The notes under the pieces were generated by a model. It saw only the letters and a list, made by a program, of their open reading frames with translations. It was not told the DNA's origin and ran no database searches. The position numbers were made by a program, and so were the translations under genes. Of a stretch of 64,000 nt of DNA, positions 18,101 through 29,880 are shown piece by piece; position 1 is the stretch's first letter; each line of letters begins with the position of its first letter. The stretch is from contig JBHGNT010000001.1 in the NCBI GenBank assembly GCA_043228905.1, positions 7,192,001 through 7,256,000 on the forward strand, given 5' to 3'. Origin of the DNA: Azolla caroliniana (taxonomy: Eukaryota > Plantae > Polypodiophyta).

Positions 18101-21100
18101 AGGTTGAGTGGACCTCAAGAACCTCCAAGCAACCGAAGATGGACAAAATGCCAGAGTATGAAGATGATCAATCCGACGGCAACGAGTCGGCTCACTCACT
18201 CAACAATGAGTATAGTGGCTTTGATGTGCCTCTTATGAGGTCACCTGGAGTTTAAAAAGCACTCACATCGGCAAATGAAAAACTCTGTTGCTCCACCCGA
18301 GAGAAGAATCCGGTTAGCCGATTCGGCTACAACGACTATATGGCATATCACTATGCCTTTATGATGAAGATGGTGAAAGTTCGAGAACCGGGAAAATTTT
18401 CCAAGGCAGCCAAGGATCCACAATAGTTCGAAGCAATGAAAGAGGAGATGCAGGCACTATGCAAGAATGAGACATAGGATCTCGTTCCCCACTAACCACA
18501 CAAAAAGGCGATCAATTGCAGATGGGTTTACAAAGTGAAGTATAATGTTGACGGCTCCATCAACCATTACAAAGCCTGACTCATAGCGAAAGGATACACA
18601 CAAACACATGGAGTCGACTATGAAGAGAACTTTGCCCCGGTGGCAAAGATGACGATTGTGCGGACCATGATTGCACTTGCAACGGCGAAAGGGTGACACC
18701 TCCATTAGATGGATGTCATGAATGCGTTCCTCTAAGGAGAATTAGAAGAGGTGTACATGGTCCAACCACCCGACTTCGAATCCATCAATCATTCGAAAGC
18801 AATCTACTGACTAAAGAAGCTACTCTACAACCTTAAACAAGCACCACATTCTTGGCATTCAAAGATAACACAATATCTTCATCGAATCGGCTTTAGAAGG
18901 TCAAAATCTGACAACTCTCTCTATGTAAGAAGCGATTCTGAAAGTTCGATTGTCATCATCCTATACATTGATGATCTGGTCATTGGAGGTAAGTGTTGAG
19001 AGATCAAGCTCAACTTAGTTTAGTTAGTTAGTCAACCATGTAACTTCGTAGTTATCTAGATAGAATCTAGTTTGAAGTGTTGACTATAACGCCTTAACTA
19101 GGACCGTGTACTTAAGTCGGATATTCTAGATCCTCCACTCCCAAGTACATCTAATATAGGACTTACAGCCTTGTACCTATATTCTCCTCACACATGTGCA
19201 CCCTTGCACTGAGATCTATATATACCTCATTGTGGGTATTTTTGTATTTGATGATGATGATGCTAATTTAATATAGAGTTAATCATCCCCCATTTTGTGT
19301 TGTTCATAAGTGTAACTACTTCTCTCTCTTCCTCTCACAGACACACACACACATCACATAATCTTCCGCTTAGCTTAATCACATAATTAGGTACTAATTA
19401 ACCCGTAGTTAATTACCTAATTATTAACATGGTATCAGAGCATGTGGTTTAGAAAATCCACTAAGCCCACCCGACTCCGAGATTGTGTGTTCGAGACGTT
19501 GACGACAAAATCCAGCTATCCGCTACCGTAGTGCCGCTACGTAGCACGTGCACGTGATCGAAGGAAGGAAAGCAAAAACGAAAGACACTACAATCAACAT
19601 GAACACACAAATGGGTAGCTCGCTCCCTAGTGAAAAGGTAGACTGGAGCATATATTCATCTTGGGAGTACAAGATGACCCAATACCTTGTCGGCCAAAGG
19701 TATTGGAGCTACATCAACAACGCACAAGAAAATCAACCCAACTCAAAGAATGGCGACTACGCAACATGGGAGAAAGCGGCAAGTCGAGTCATGTATTGCT
19801 TGGCAACATGTTTCCACAACCACATGCTTAGCCACATTCGAGATGCCAAGACGCCTAAAGAAGCGTGGGCGAACTTAAAGAAAATGTTCACCGCCAACAC
19901 AACCGCCCGAAAGCTTCAACTCCGACAAGAGTTGAACAACATTCGGCAAAAAGACATGTTCATGTAGGACTACACCCACCAAGATCAAGAGCATTTGCGA
20001 CTCGCTTGGCTCCATCAAATAAACGTCGACAAAGATGAGATGGTTCAAGTATGCTTGAGTGGCCTCGCACAACTATTCGACTCGTTGAGGACGGCAATCT
20101 TGGCGAGGGAAAATCCTCCTTCGTTCTTCGACCTTCAATCAATGCTATTGGTTGAAGAGAACCACGTCCAGAACAAAACCAAGACATCGGAAGGACAAAT
20201 GTTCTTCTCGAATTCGGATGGTGGCCGAGAACAAGGTCGAGGCGGTAGAAGAGGTCGATTCAATGCATCACACGAAGGGAACTCAAACCTTCGACAACAA
20301 GAAGAAAGCCATCAAGGAACCTTCAGAAGAAGGGGGAGCTTCCATGCCGAACAAGGTCGGCAAATGAGGCCCGCAACTTGCAACTATTGCGGAAAGATCG
20401 GCCACTGCGAGGAGGAGTGCCGAAAAAGAAGAAGCGAGTCGGCTTCGACAAGTTGACAACTCACGAATTACGCCATCAATTCCAAATACGACGACTACGG
20501 CAGACTATTCTTAATGAGGCATAGACCGAACTCTATGTCAGTCTTCGACTCCACAAGCACCTCCAATTCAGAAGACGTGTGGTTCGTCGATTCCAGCGCC
20601 TCACATCAGATGACATCCCACAAAGAGTGGTTCAATGACTTGCGTACACCAGATCGACCCAACTTCATAGAGATGGGAGACGACACCACACATCCCATTC
20701 AGCACATCGGCAATGTCCCATTCAGGAAAGAAGGCGAACAAACTTGCATCAAGAATGTCTTGCATGTGCCATCAATAACAAAGAATTTGGTCTCGGTTGG
20801 TCAAATCGTGGAGCAAGGCATGCAAGTCCGCTTCAACAACGAAGGTTGTTTCATCGAGAAAGATGGTTGACTCATATCTAAGGGACGGAGAGACATTCGC
20901 ATGTTCATCCTTGATTCGAATGAGGTGAAATCGGCCATGTATGCCAAAGGTCTCAAAACCGAGACAAGCATCGAGTTGTGGCACAAGAGAATCAGCCACA
21001 TAAACCTCCAATAGCTTCGAGCGATGCAAACCAAGGGAGTAGTCATCGGACTTTCGACATTCGAGTCGAAACGAGTCGACCAAGTATATGCGAAGTGTGT

Positions 21101-24100
21101 AAACTCAGCAAACAACATCGACTCGCATTCCCGAAGGAGAGCTACGCAAGCAAAGGCCTCCTCGACAGCATACACTCGGATGTATGGGGACCGGCTAAAA
21201 TGCCGACGATCGGCGGATGCCGATTCTACGTCATCTTCATCAACGACTACTCGCGCTACGCGTGGATCTTCCCGATGAAGAAGAAGAACGAAGTGTTCTC
21301 CCACTTCTAAAAGCCCAAGGGCCAAGTTGAAAAAGAAACCAATCAACACATTCAATGCCTACGATCGGATGGAGGCAAGGGGTACTTCTCTGGTGAATTC
21401 ACCTCCTACCTCCAAAGTGAAGGCATTCGAGAGAATTCTCTTGTTGACATACACCCCAACAAAATGGAGTAGCCGAAAGGAAAAATCGACAACTACTCGA
21501 GGTAGCACGCACCATGATGCACGAGAAGCACATTCCGAACTTCTATTGGGCCGAAACGGCATCCACGACCGTCTATCTCATGAATCGATGCACCACTAAT
21601 GGAATGCATGAGCTAACTCCATACGAACTCCTCGTCGGAAGGAAGTTGATCTTGTCGCACCTCAAGGTGTTCAGAAGCATTGCGAATGTACGCATCCCAA
21701 ACGAACAACGACAAAAGCCCGACACGAAGTTAGAGGAATGTATCCTCATAGGATACTTGTCCGAGAAGAATGCATAAAAGTGCTACAACCCTTCTACCCG
21801 AGCAGTTCGGGTAAGTCGAGATGTAGTCTTCGACGAGCGAGTCCGCATCCTGGTACGCACTAGAGACAACTTCAACTCCGACTCCGCTCAACCCGGAATC
21901 CGCCAAACAAGTGGTAGAAGATGGAGATCGCTTCGAACAAATGTTCGAAAAAAGTCCAATTACGACAAGGCTTACTGGGCCACAAGAACCCGCACGCGAC
22001 CCAAGCATGTCGCAGCCAAGTACGACCTTGGACAAAGGCAAAGGTACGATGCCCGAATATGAAGTCGACCGCCCCAACGACAGTGATTCAGCTGCGTCAG
22101 CTCGCTCACTAGACAGTGAGTTTGGTGTACCCATCATGCGGACACCCAAAGTAAAGAAGGCGCTCACATCGGCGAGAGAAAAAATTCGACGCTCATCAAG
22201 AGCTAAGAACCCCGTCACTCGGCTCGGCTACAACGAGTACATGGCCCATCACTATGCCTTCGCGATGAAGGTAGCGACCGAACAAGAGCCCATGAGCTCC
22301 ACTGGAGCGGCACGTAACCCACAATGGGTGGAAGTAGTTGGCCTTCGCCCACACATTACAAGCATTCGTCACCGGCTTGAGAGGGAGAACCTGAGATTGC
22401 CATGACGAAGAAAGCCGCACAGAAACCGACATCGAAAGCCGGACAATGGTGAAAGCAGAACCGGATGTCGGATGCCTGACACTTGTGTCAAACACAGTGC
22501 TCGGCCACAACCGAGGAATAGAATCAACTCTCAGAAAACGGGAAATACCAATGCACGAAGACAATAGAGAGAAGAGTACACAGGATGTTTTACGTGAAAA
22601 AACCCTAAATGGGAAAAACCACGGGAGTCCTCAGACTCCAACTATCACTACAAACAGAGATGTACAATGGTGAAGCAACAAGGCAACAACCTTGAGCTCA
22701 CTGTCTTCGCCACAGGCGGCGGTAATACACAGAGGCAACGACCTCTTCGTCTCTCTCTCTCTCTTTCTCTCTCTCGGCTGCTCTCTTCACTCTTGCACAC
22801 GCATGAGAGTGGCAATACACACTAGGCAACAACATACAGCAACAACAACATAAAACTATTTGCCCTACGTCATATTTATACACATATGACTTTCGGGCTA
22901 TTTACAAATATAGCCTCAAAGGGCTCTTGAAAAACATATTCACAAATATGTCCCCGCATCCGGATCTCTCTCCGGGTACATTCGTCATCCGGCTCCGTAG
23001 CCGGGGTCTTCATCATCCGGATCCGGAACCGGGTCCTCATCATCCGGCTCCTGAACCGGGTCTTCATCATCCGGCTCCGATACCGGGTACTCCTCATTCG
23101 GGTCTTCATTCCCGATTCCCGGACATCCGACCATCCCATCCGGAGGGACCGTAATCCCAACAAACTCCCCCTTCACTTCGGCATGGGATGTCTTTCCAGT
23201 CCGACCCTCTTCCGGCACGCTTCCAGCTTGTCGGGTGTGAGCACCTTGGTCAGCATATCCGACCCGTTCTCGTCCGTGTGGATCTTCGTCAGCACGAACT
23301 CCTTGTCTTCTATCCTTTCCCGGATCCAGTGGTATCTACGCTGGATGTGTTTCGTCCGGGAATGGTAGGCCGCTGTCGGGATATTATGCAAGTGCGTGTG
23401 GAACCGAGGCGGGACCGCGGGGGTCTCGAACCAAAGAGCAAGCGAGGGAGGGGAAAGAGAGAGAACCGGCTACGCAGGACCGGGGGTACACAGGGACACG
23501 GCCCTTCAGCACGGAGAACATGAACAGACACCGACACAGACAGATGCGAATGGCTAAATGTGTATATTAAGAAAAACGGCTAACACGACTACAACCCTCG
23601 ACGGGGCACAGGTTGGTTACGACCGAACAGGCCGGCGAACAGATGTCGATGCCTGTTCACTTCGACGCTCAAAGGGGCTGTAGCTGGTCGGAGGTGCTGC
23701 CGGAAGCACTCGGGCGTTCCTCGAAAACAGCGCGAGCCTCCTCGGAACCCTGCACGGAAAGCTATGGAGCTCAAGAAGGAAGGAAACAGAGAGCGAAGCG
23801 TCCAGAAACGGTCCGGCAGCCCTTCGTCCTCTCTGCGCGAGATATCCCTGCAACAGCTCTTTCCCGCTCCTTATATAGGCCGACGAGCAGGCCGTCCTGT
23901 CCGCTTTATTCCCTGTCCCTTTTGGACAGGGATCCGCTCCGTTTTTCACGCATCCGCGTAGTTACGCCGCCGACTCGTACAGTTCGCGCGCGCGACCGAA
24001 AAGACTGTTCGCGCGGTCTTTGTCTCCACTTGAGTTAGGGCCCGTTCCTGCCGATTATCCTCCTAATTCGCTTCTATGTACTACTTGGAGCGTGCGCGCG

Positions 24101-24234
24101 TGAAGAACCGGTTCCCACGCCTTGGTGCGCCGATTCCGCCTATGGACGGTTTTCTTCACGACATCCGCCCCCACCTAACCGCGCATCCTCCGGTATGCGC
24201 CAAGAGAGTTGGGACGGAGAAAACCGGCCCGTCT

Positions 24235-27200
24235 TCATTCCTCGCCCGTCGGTTTTTCCTCGTTTTCGGATCGTTCGTCACTGCCGACCAGGAGAGCCGG
24301 GTCTGGCTCGTCGTCGTGTCGCTTCTTGAACGCTTTGATCCGTTTCCCTGCAACCGGTATCGTCATTCTCGTGCCGTCGAGTTCCGCCAGGTGGTATGTC
24401 CCGTTGTCATTGGCGCTCCGTACCACGTAAGGCCCGAACCACCTTCGTGCGAACTTCCGTGTAGCTCGGTGCTGGTTGTCGAGGCTGCTATCGTAGACGA
24501 GCACCCAGTCACCTTCTTCGATTTTCTTCGGTCGGAGCCGGTGCGTTCGGTCGAACCTGGCTTTGTTCTTTCTCCTCGCCACTCGGAGCTTCTCCGCAGC
24601 CAGTTCCACGTCCTCCGGTCTCCGCTCGAGCTGTCGTATGCGCGCGGCCAACAACTCCTCCCGGCTCATCTCGTCCCTCCAGTCGACCGTTGCCCACGAG
24701 GAGATCGTCCGTTCCATCGGCATGATCGGCTTCTGGCCGAACATGAGCTCCGTCGGCATGTACCCGGTTACCGAATTGTGCGTGGTCCGGTCCGCCCACA
24801 AAGCATAAGGTAGCAGCCGCGGCCAGTTACCGACTCGGCCTCTGCATGCCCGAACCAACGCCTTGACGATCGGTCCGTGTCCGCGCTCCACCTTTCCATT
24901 CGCCTCCGGATTGTACGCAGTGGTGAGCGAGAGCTTGACTCCCAGCCGGTCGAACAGCTCCGCGGCTTCTTCGGCGTCCAACTCCCCTCGGTCAGCCACG
25001 ATCTTTCCGACGCACCCATACCGGCATATCACGTCCTCGACTAGGAACCGGCATACGGCCGCGGTTGTTTTGTTCGGAAGGGCCCGGCCCTCCACCTGGT
25101 TCGTCAGATCCTCCCGCGCTAGGACCAGGTACCGCATCTGTCCTACTCCCATTGGCATCGTCACCAGATCTACCATCCATTTGAAGTGGATGGTCGGAGG
25201 GTACGTGGGGTGAAGCTCGTCCCGATGTCGGACTGTGGAGTGCATCTGACAGCTCTCGCAAGTTGTCACGAACCGATGCACGTCCTGGTACTGCCCCGGC
25301 CACCAATACTTCCCCTTCAGTTTCTCAAACGTAGCCCATGTTCCACGGTGTCCAGCCCAAGGGCTGTCGTGGTAGGCCGTCAGCAGCTCCTCCTGTTCTT
25401 CCTTCATCGCCACCACCCGGAGCGAAACGCCGTCCTTCTTCTTCGGGTGCTTCCATAGACAGCTATCCCGGAGAAAGAACCGGTACGCTTTCTTCCGGAT
25501 CCGGTCGGCCTCGTCCTTCGTCCATGACGCATCAGGCGTCATTGTCTTCAGAAACCCACCGATCTGCAGCCACTCCCCGTCGTACTTGCTCGCGTCGAAG
25601 TCGTTAAGCGCCGGAGTGCTTGTTCCGTCTGTTGTTACATACGCAGTCTCGAAGAAGTCCACGCCGACGTCTTCGTCCTCCGAAACCATGCCGCCCTCGT
25701 CATCGAATCTCGCCCTTGAAAGCATGTCGGCCATGGCGTTGTCTTTCCCGGAAATGTGTCGTATTACCGGGTCTAGGGACTTGATATACGCTATCCACCT
25801 GAGCATTGCCAGGTCCGGCGTCGCGCATCCGGAAATCATGCCGAGAATCGGCATGCAATCCGTCTCTATGATTACCTCCGTCCCGATCAGATAGTCCTTG
25901 TCGGCCTTCACCGCCGAAACGATACCCCAGAGTTCGCGTTTAACCTGGGCGTATCCTCGCTGCTGTTCGCTGAGGACCTTCGCACCGAATCGGATCGGGA
26001 ACCGATTGCCGTCCTCGTCTTCTTGGTTGACGACCCACCCGATTCCGGTCGGACTCGTGTCAACCGTTATGTACACTGGGGTGCCCTTCCTGTAGACGGC
26101 CTTTCGGAGCGCCGGTGCTGCCGAAAGAGCCTCCTTCAGCTTCCGGACCGACTCCGTGTGCTTGTCTAGCCATTCGAATCTTCGCCCTTTCCTCAGTAAT
26201 CCGTATAGCGGCTCCGCAACGTGGGCGTAATGCGGGATCCATATGTGGTAGAATGCGCATGCCCCCAGGAATCTTCGCACTTCCGTGACCGAGCTGCAGT
26301 CGGGCTTCATCGCGGAGATGGCTTCTACCTTTGCCGGAGACGGTTTCCGGCCATATGGCCCACATAAGTGTCCGACCACCATGATTTCCGACTGCCCGAA
26401 GGCTGATTTCTCCCCCGAGAAGGTGAGCCTCGCCTCCTCTAGCCTTTGCAGCACCTTCTCGCAGTCGTCGATGTGCGCCGTCACGAATCGCCGGCATCCG
26501 TCCGGCCCGATCGTCTCGTCCTTCTCTTCTACCGGGCATCCCTTGATCGGGATGTCGTCTAGAAACGGCATGGTGATGTTCGGGATGCAGTCCCTCAGCA
26601 CCTTGTTCATCGCATTCACCATGTGGGCCACCGAGTTGGTCCCTCCTTGCGGCAGCGTACACATCCGCACTAGGCCGAGGGGAGTTCGCATCGTCGTAAT
26701 GTCTCTGCTCTCCACGGCTAGCTGGAACTGGTCATACCCTGAGTATAGATCACCGACCGAGTAAATCGACCTTCCGGCGAAGGCCTCCGCGAACTCGTCT
26801 ATGGTCGGTCCGATCCCCGCGTTCCGAATGGTCACTCTATTGACCGGCTGCAGGTCCTGAATGAAGCGCAATGATCCGTTTTTCTTTGGTACGGTAAACC
26901 AGCGGTTTGAATACGGGGCGCTCGACGGCTCGAGAATGCCCATATCAACTTTCTGCTTCAACAGCTCCATCAACTTCGGGATGTGAGCTCTCGGAACCGA
27001 AATTGGCTTGAGATTCCACGGTACATGCGGTACCGTGAATATCACCATCGGCTCTACGATCGTCGGGTCCACGCACCCGATTTCCTCCGGCGAGAATGCG
27101 AAGGCTTTCCCGTGCCTTCCGAGCATTCTCCGGAACCGGTCTTCCTCCGCCGGCAGTAGGAACCCGCCCCCACCGATCTTCAGCTCGCGGAGCGTCTCGT

Positions 27201-27720
27201 TGGTGAAGGTGTGTCCTATGCAGGCCCGATCTCGTAAGCTGGGGTCCGATGCAACCCCTTTAATCCGGGATTCACTGCCCTCCGGTAAGGGCGCCGCAAC
27301 TGGCCTCACCTTCCGGTCCACCGTCTTGTACTTGGTGCTCACCCGGGCCGTCCGTTCCGACTCGAGCCCTCGACCGAAGTCCGCGATGACTTCGTACATT
27401 TCTTCGGAACATACCGGTATCGTCCGGTCTTCGTTAAGGTCTTCTTCGACTACCTTCCCCAGCATTCCCAAGGTGTCGTCGAAAGAGACTGCCTCCACGG
27501 CTCCGTTGATTCCTTCGTCAGAGCCGAGAACTCCGCACGCCCGAAGTCTCCCCTCCGTCTTTGTTTTCTCTCGGCCGGTGATGCCGACCATCGTACATGC
27601 TCCGCTGTCGGAGAAGCAAAATTTCCTACCTATTGTACACGGTTTTATCGTACAGATGTGGGGTTTTCCCGGAGCATCCGGACTGTCGCGGCCCCACGCC
27701 TTGGCAGTCCTCTCTAAAAA
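24235..27720 (-). CDS. D ORF2: RT-RNase H-integrase, reached by a predicted -1 frameshift
   Basis: Frame is open from the slippery site through the ATG at 27591. Motifs LPQG, FLDD (RT), TVDTS..ELWG..ETD..ADMLSR (RH), H..GH..CESC, VDL..ADRG..NGKVERGH (IN), WFGPY. No chromodomain. Confidence 0.9.
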   Translation of the reverse strand, partial: FLERTAKAWGRDSPDAPGKPHICTIKPCTIGRKFCFSDSGACTMVGITGREKTKTEGRLRACGVLGSDEGINGAVEAVSFDDTLGMLGKVVEEDLNEDRTIPVCSEEMYEVIADFGRGLESERTARVSTKYKTVDRKVRPVAAPLPEGSESRIKGVASDPSLRDRACIGHTFTNETLRELKIGGGGFLLPAEEDRFRRMLGRHGKAFAFSPEEIGCVDPTIVEPMVIFTVPHVPWNLKPISVPRAHIPKLMELLKQKVDMGILEPSSAPYSNRWFTVPKKNGSLRFIQDLQPVNRVTIRNAGIGPTIDEFAEAFAGRSIYSVGDLYSGYDQFQLAVESRDITTMRTPLGLVRMCTLPQGGTNSVAHMVNAMNKVLRDCIPNITMPFLDDIPIKGCPVEEKDETIGPDGCRRFVTAHIDDCEKVLQRLEEARLTFSGEKSAFGQSEIMVVGHLCGPYGRKPSPAKVEAISAMKPDCSSVTEVRRFLGACAFYHIWIPHYAHVAEPLYGLLRKGRRFEWLDKHTESVRKLKEALSAAPALRKAVYRKGTPVYITVDTSPTGIGWVVNQEDEDGNRFPIRFGAKVLSEQQRGYAQVKRELWGIVSAVKADKDYLIGTEVIIETDCMPILGMISGCATPDLAMLRWIAYIKSLDPVIRHISGKDNAMADMLSRARFDDEGGMVSEDEDVGVDFFETAYVTTDGTSTPALNDFDASKYDGEWLQIGGFLKTMTPDASWTKDEADRIRKKAYRFFLRDSCLWKHPKKKDGVSLRVVAMKEEQEELLTAYHDSPWAGHRGTWATFEKLKGKYWWPGQYQDVHRFVTTCESCQMHSTVRHRDELHPTYPPTIHFKWMVDLVTMPMGVGQMRYLVLAREDLTNQVEGRALPNKTTAAVCRFLVEDVICRYGCVGKIVADRGELDAEEAAELFDRLGVKLSLTTAYNPEANGKVERGHGPIVKALVRACRGRVGNWPRLLPYALWADRTTHNSVTGYMPTELMFGQKPIMPMERTISSWATVDWRDEMSREELLAARIRQLERRPEDVELAAEKLRVARRKNKARFDRTHRLRPKKIEEGDWVLVYDSSLDNQHRATRKFARRWFGPYVVRSANDNGTYHLAELDGTRMTIPVAGKRIKAFKKRHDDEPDPALLVGSDERSENEEKPTGEE

Positions 27721-27723
27721 TCC
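27658..27723 (-). promoter_or_regulatory. Predicted -1 programmed ribosomal frameshift signal
   Basis: G_GAU_UUU heptamer (27723-27717) immediately before the UAG, 6-nt spacer, stem GGACUG/CAGUCC, loop GUGGGG complementary to downstream CCCCAC. Confidence 0.8.
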
Positions 27724-29840
27724 TCTCGGGTTTCGGAACCGAGGGAATCGCGGTTACGTTCGTGGTTCGGCCTTACCGTCAGAAACTGGACCGAATGGCG
27801 CCCGTCTTGGCTTTTGACTCTCGCGTAGGCCGAACCATTGTCCAGCACTTTGGTCTCCATTCGCGCCGCCGTGATGTACGGCTCTCCCAGAATGACCGGA
27901 TGCGAAGACGTCTCCTGCACGAAGAAGTGCTGGTCAATCTCGACGTCGCCAATCTTGACTCGCACATTCGGACAGGCCCCGTGCAGTTCCTCGGTGGCGC
28001 GCGTTGCTGCCCTTATTTTCCACCCGTGCTTGGTGTTGATCGGCCATTTGCCCTTCTTATAGAAGTCCATGGACATCAAATTGATCTCTGATCCGTGGTC
28101 CACCAAAGCTGTCACCGGTTCCTGGACATCGCCGATCTTCACCGGGGTTTCCGTGGTCGCTCGGGCCCAGTGTGGCCTCGAATAGTGGCTTTCCGCCCAC
28201 TCGTCTCCCAGCGCCATGTCGTCTAGGTGCGTCGTCCGCACTTCCACCGGTCTTTCCGGTTCTGTCTCCGTCGACAGCCTCTTCCGTTTCACCAAGTCTA
28301 CGATGGAGTCGTGGAACTCCTTCTTGGCGATTCCCAGCACCTCTCGTAACGACAGCTCCACCTTGCTGTCGAGGATCCGTTCCTCCAGGACCTTCCGTAA
28401 GTCCGTGGTCCTTTCTATCTCCGTCCCCAGACGGTACCCGCCCTTCTGGGGTTTATCTTGCGTGCCGGCCCCGCCGGATTCGTCCCGTCGTGGCCCGGAC
28501 CGGGTCTCGTATCGTTGTGAGGGCCCGGTCGTCCCGGGTTTCCCCACCCGCTTCTCTTCTACCAGAGCCTCGTAGTTCTGGCAAGCGGCTTCCACGAAGC
28601 CCGTCCGTTCCTCGACCGGGTCGCTCCACCCGGTCATCTCCCGTACCCGTTTCTCCGCACGGTCCGATTCCTCCCCTTTAAGCCTTGCACCGGCAAGGCC
28701 TTCCAGCATCGTCGGCCAGAATCCGGCTTTGCTTTCCCTTCGGGCCTCGCCGCCCCCGACTCGAATGCCGGCCGACGCCGAGTAGTGGACGGTTTCCGCG
28801 TGTCGGGCCGCCGCCTCTTCCATCAACCTTTTCATACCACCTTTTCCGTCGTTTCGGCTCAGGGCCCTTCGGGTGTCGCTGGCATGCACCCGTCCTTCCC
28901 ACAGGTACACCACCCTGTCCCTCAGCGCCTCCGCGAAGTCGCCGCAGTCCTTCCGAATGTGGCCGACTTCATCGCACCACATGCACCTGTTTCCTGCCGC
29001 CGGCCGTCGGTCACGAGCCGGTTCGCCACCTTCCCTTCGGGCTTGCGCGATTTGGAGGTCCTTTACCGCCCTCGTCAATTCCTCCAGCGCCGCTCCTCCG
29101 GTTGAGCCTCTGACTACGCCGGTCGAAGCCGAACCGGTTTCCAACCACTCTCGGGTCTCTTCCTTTCGCACCTGTGGCGCTGGTTCGAACTTCCTTGCTG
29201 CGACCGAGCCCGACCCGGTTACCCCGTTATCCGCCCATTCTCGCCGTTTGTCGAAACGGCCACAGACCTTCTTGACAGCCGCCCAGTCGGTAGTGAGCCC
29301 GTCTTCGGTTTCCAGCAAGAGGCCCACTTGCTCCCGATCCCGCTCGTCGACCGACTTGACAAACAGCAAGACCCGGCTCGTGTCCAGGATGGTTCGGTCG
29401 AGCGCCGAAAGGCGCGCAAAGTTTTCCTCGAACTCCCGGAGGAGTGCCGACGCGTTTCTTCCCTTCCCCGGGGACTCCACCCATTCCATGAACCTTCGCT
29501 TCGAAAGCCGGAGCGCGTCGTCCAGCCCGTATTTCTCTAGGAGCCGACCTTCGAACTCCTCCCAGGTACGGCTCTCCGCCCGCACCTCGAGCACCTCCGC
29601 ATGGATGCTCGGCATCGCCACTCGGGGAAATCCGGCAAGACGCCTTCCTTCCGGAATGTCCCGCATCAGCATCTCTGCACCGTAGGACGCCAAATACTTC
29701 GTGGCATCCTTCCCATCGAACCGGCCGATCGTACCGACGACCGCCTCAATAGCTCTGTCGAGGGCACCGGTGCTCTCGCGCGCGTTTACAATCCGATCCA
29801 CGGCCGAAGCCATGGCCTCTGCGAGATCCGACCCCCTCAT
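27714..29840 (-). CDS. D ORF1: Gag plus aspartic protease
   Basis: First ATG after the PBS is at 29840. FDGKDATKYL capsid-like start, CMWCDEVGHIRKDC knuckle, ALVDHGSEINLM and ILGEPY protease motifs. Ends EDF*. Confidence 0.9.
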   Translation of the reverse strand: MRGSDLAEAMASAVDRIVNARESTGALDRAIEAVVGTIGRFDGKDATKYLASYGAEMLMRDIPEGRRLAGFPRVAMPSIHAEVLEVRAESRTWEEFEGRLLEKYGLDDALRLSKRRFMEWVESPGKGRNASALLREFEENFARLSALDRTILDTSRVLLFVKSVDERDREQVGLLLETEDGLTTDWAAVKKVCGRFDKRREWADNGVTGSGSVAARKFEPAPQVRKEETREWLETGSASTGVVRGSTGGAALEELTRAVKDLQIAQARREGGEPARDRRPAAGNRCMWCDEVGHIRKDCGDFAEALRDRVVYLWEGRVHASDTRRALSRNDGKGGMKRLMEEAAARHAETVHYSASAGIRVGGGEARRESKAGFWPTMLEGLAGARLKGEESDRAEKRVREMTGWSDPVEERTGFVEAACQNYEALVEEKRVGKPGTTGPSQRYETRSGPRRDESGGAGTQDKPQKGGYRLGTEIERTTDLRKVLEERILDSKVELSLREVLGIAKKEFHDSIVDLVKRKRLSTETEPERPVEVRTTHLDDMALGDEWAESHYSRPHWARATTETPVKIGDVQEPVTALVDHGSEINLMSMDFYKKGKWPINTKHGWKIRAATRATEELHGACPNVRVKIGDVEIDQHFFVQETSSHPVILGEPYITAARMETKVLDNGSAYARVKSQDGRHSVQFLTVRPNHERNRDSLGSETREDF

Positions 29841-29862
29841 CTTCTGCTCTTCTGCCGCCTCT

Positions 29863-29880
29863 TTCACGTCGGGTTCACCA
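29863..29880 (-). promoter_or_regulatory. Primer-binding site complementary to tRNA-Trp
   Basis: Plus strand TTCACGTCGGGTTCACCA matches the 3' end plus CCA of plant cytosolic tRNA-Trp (from memory). Lies 3 nt inside the 5' LTR boundary. Confidence 0.85.

Noticed and set aside
24076-29685. Long plus-strand ORFs antisense to Gypsy D (245, 269 and 270 aa)
   Set aside because: No recognisable motifs; expected shadow ORFs of GC-rich coding sequence
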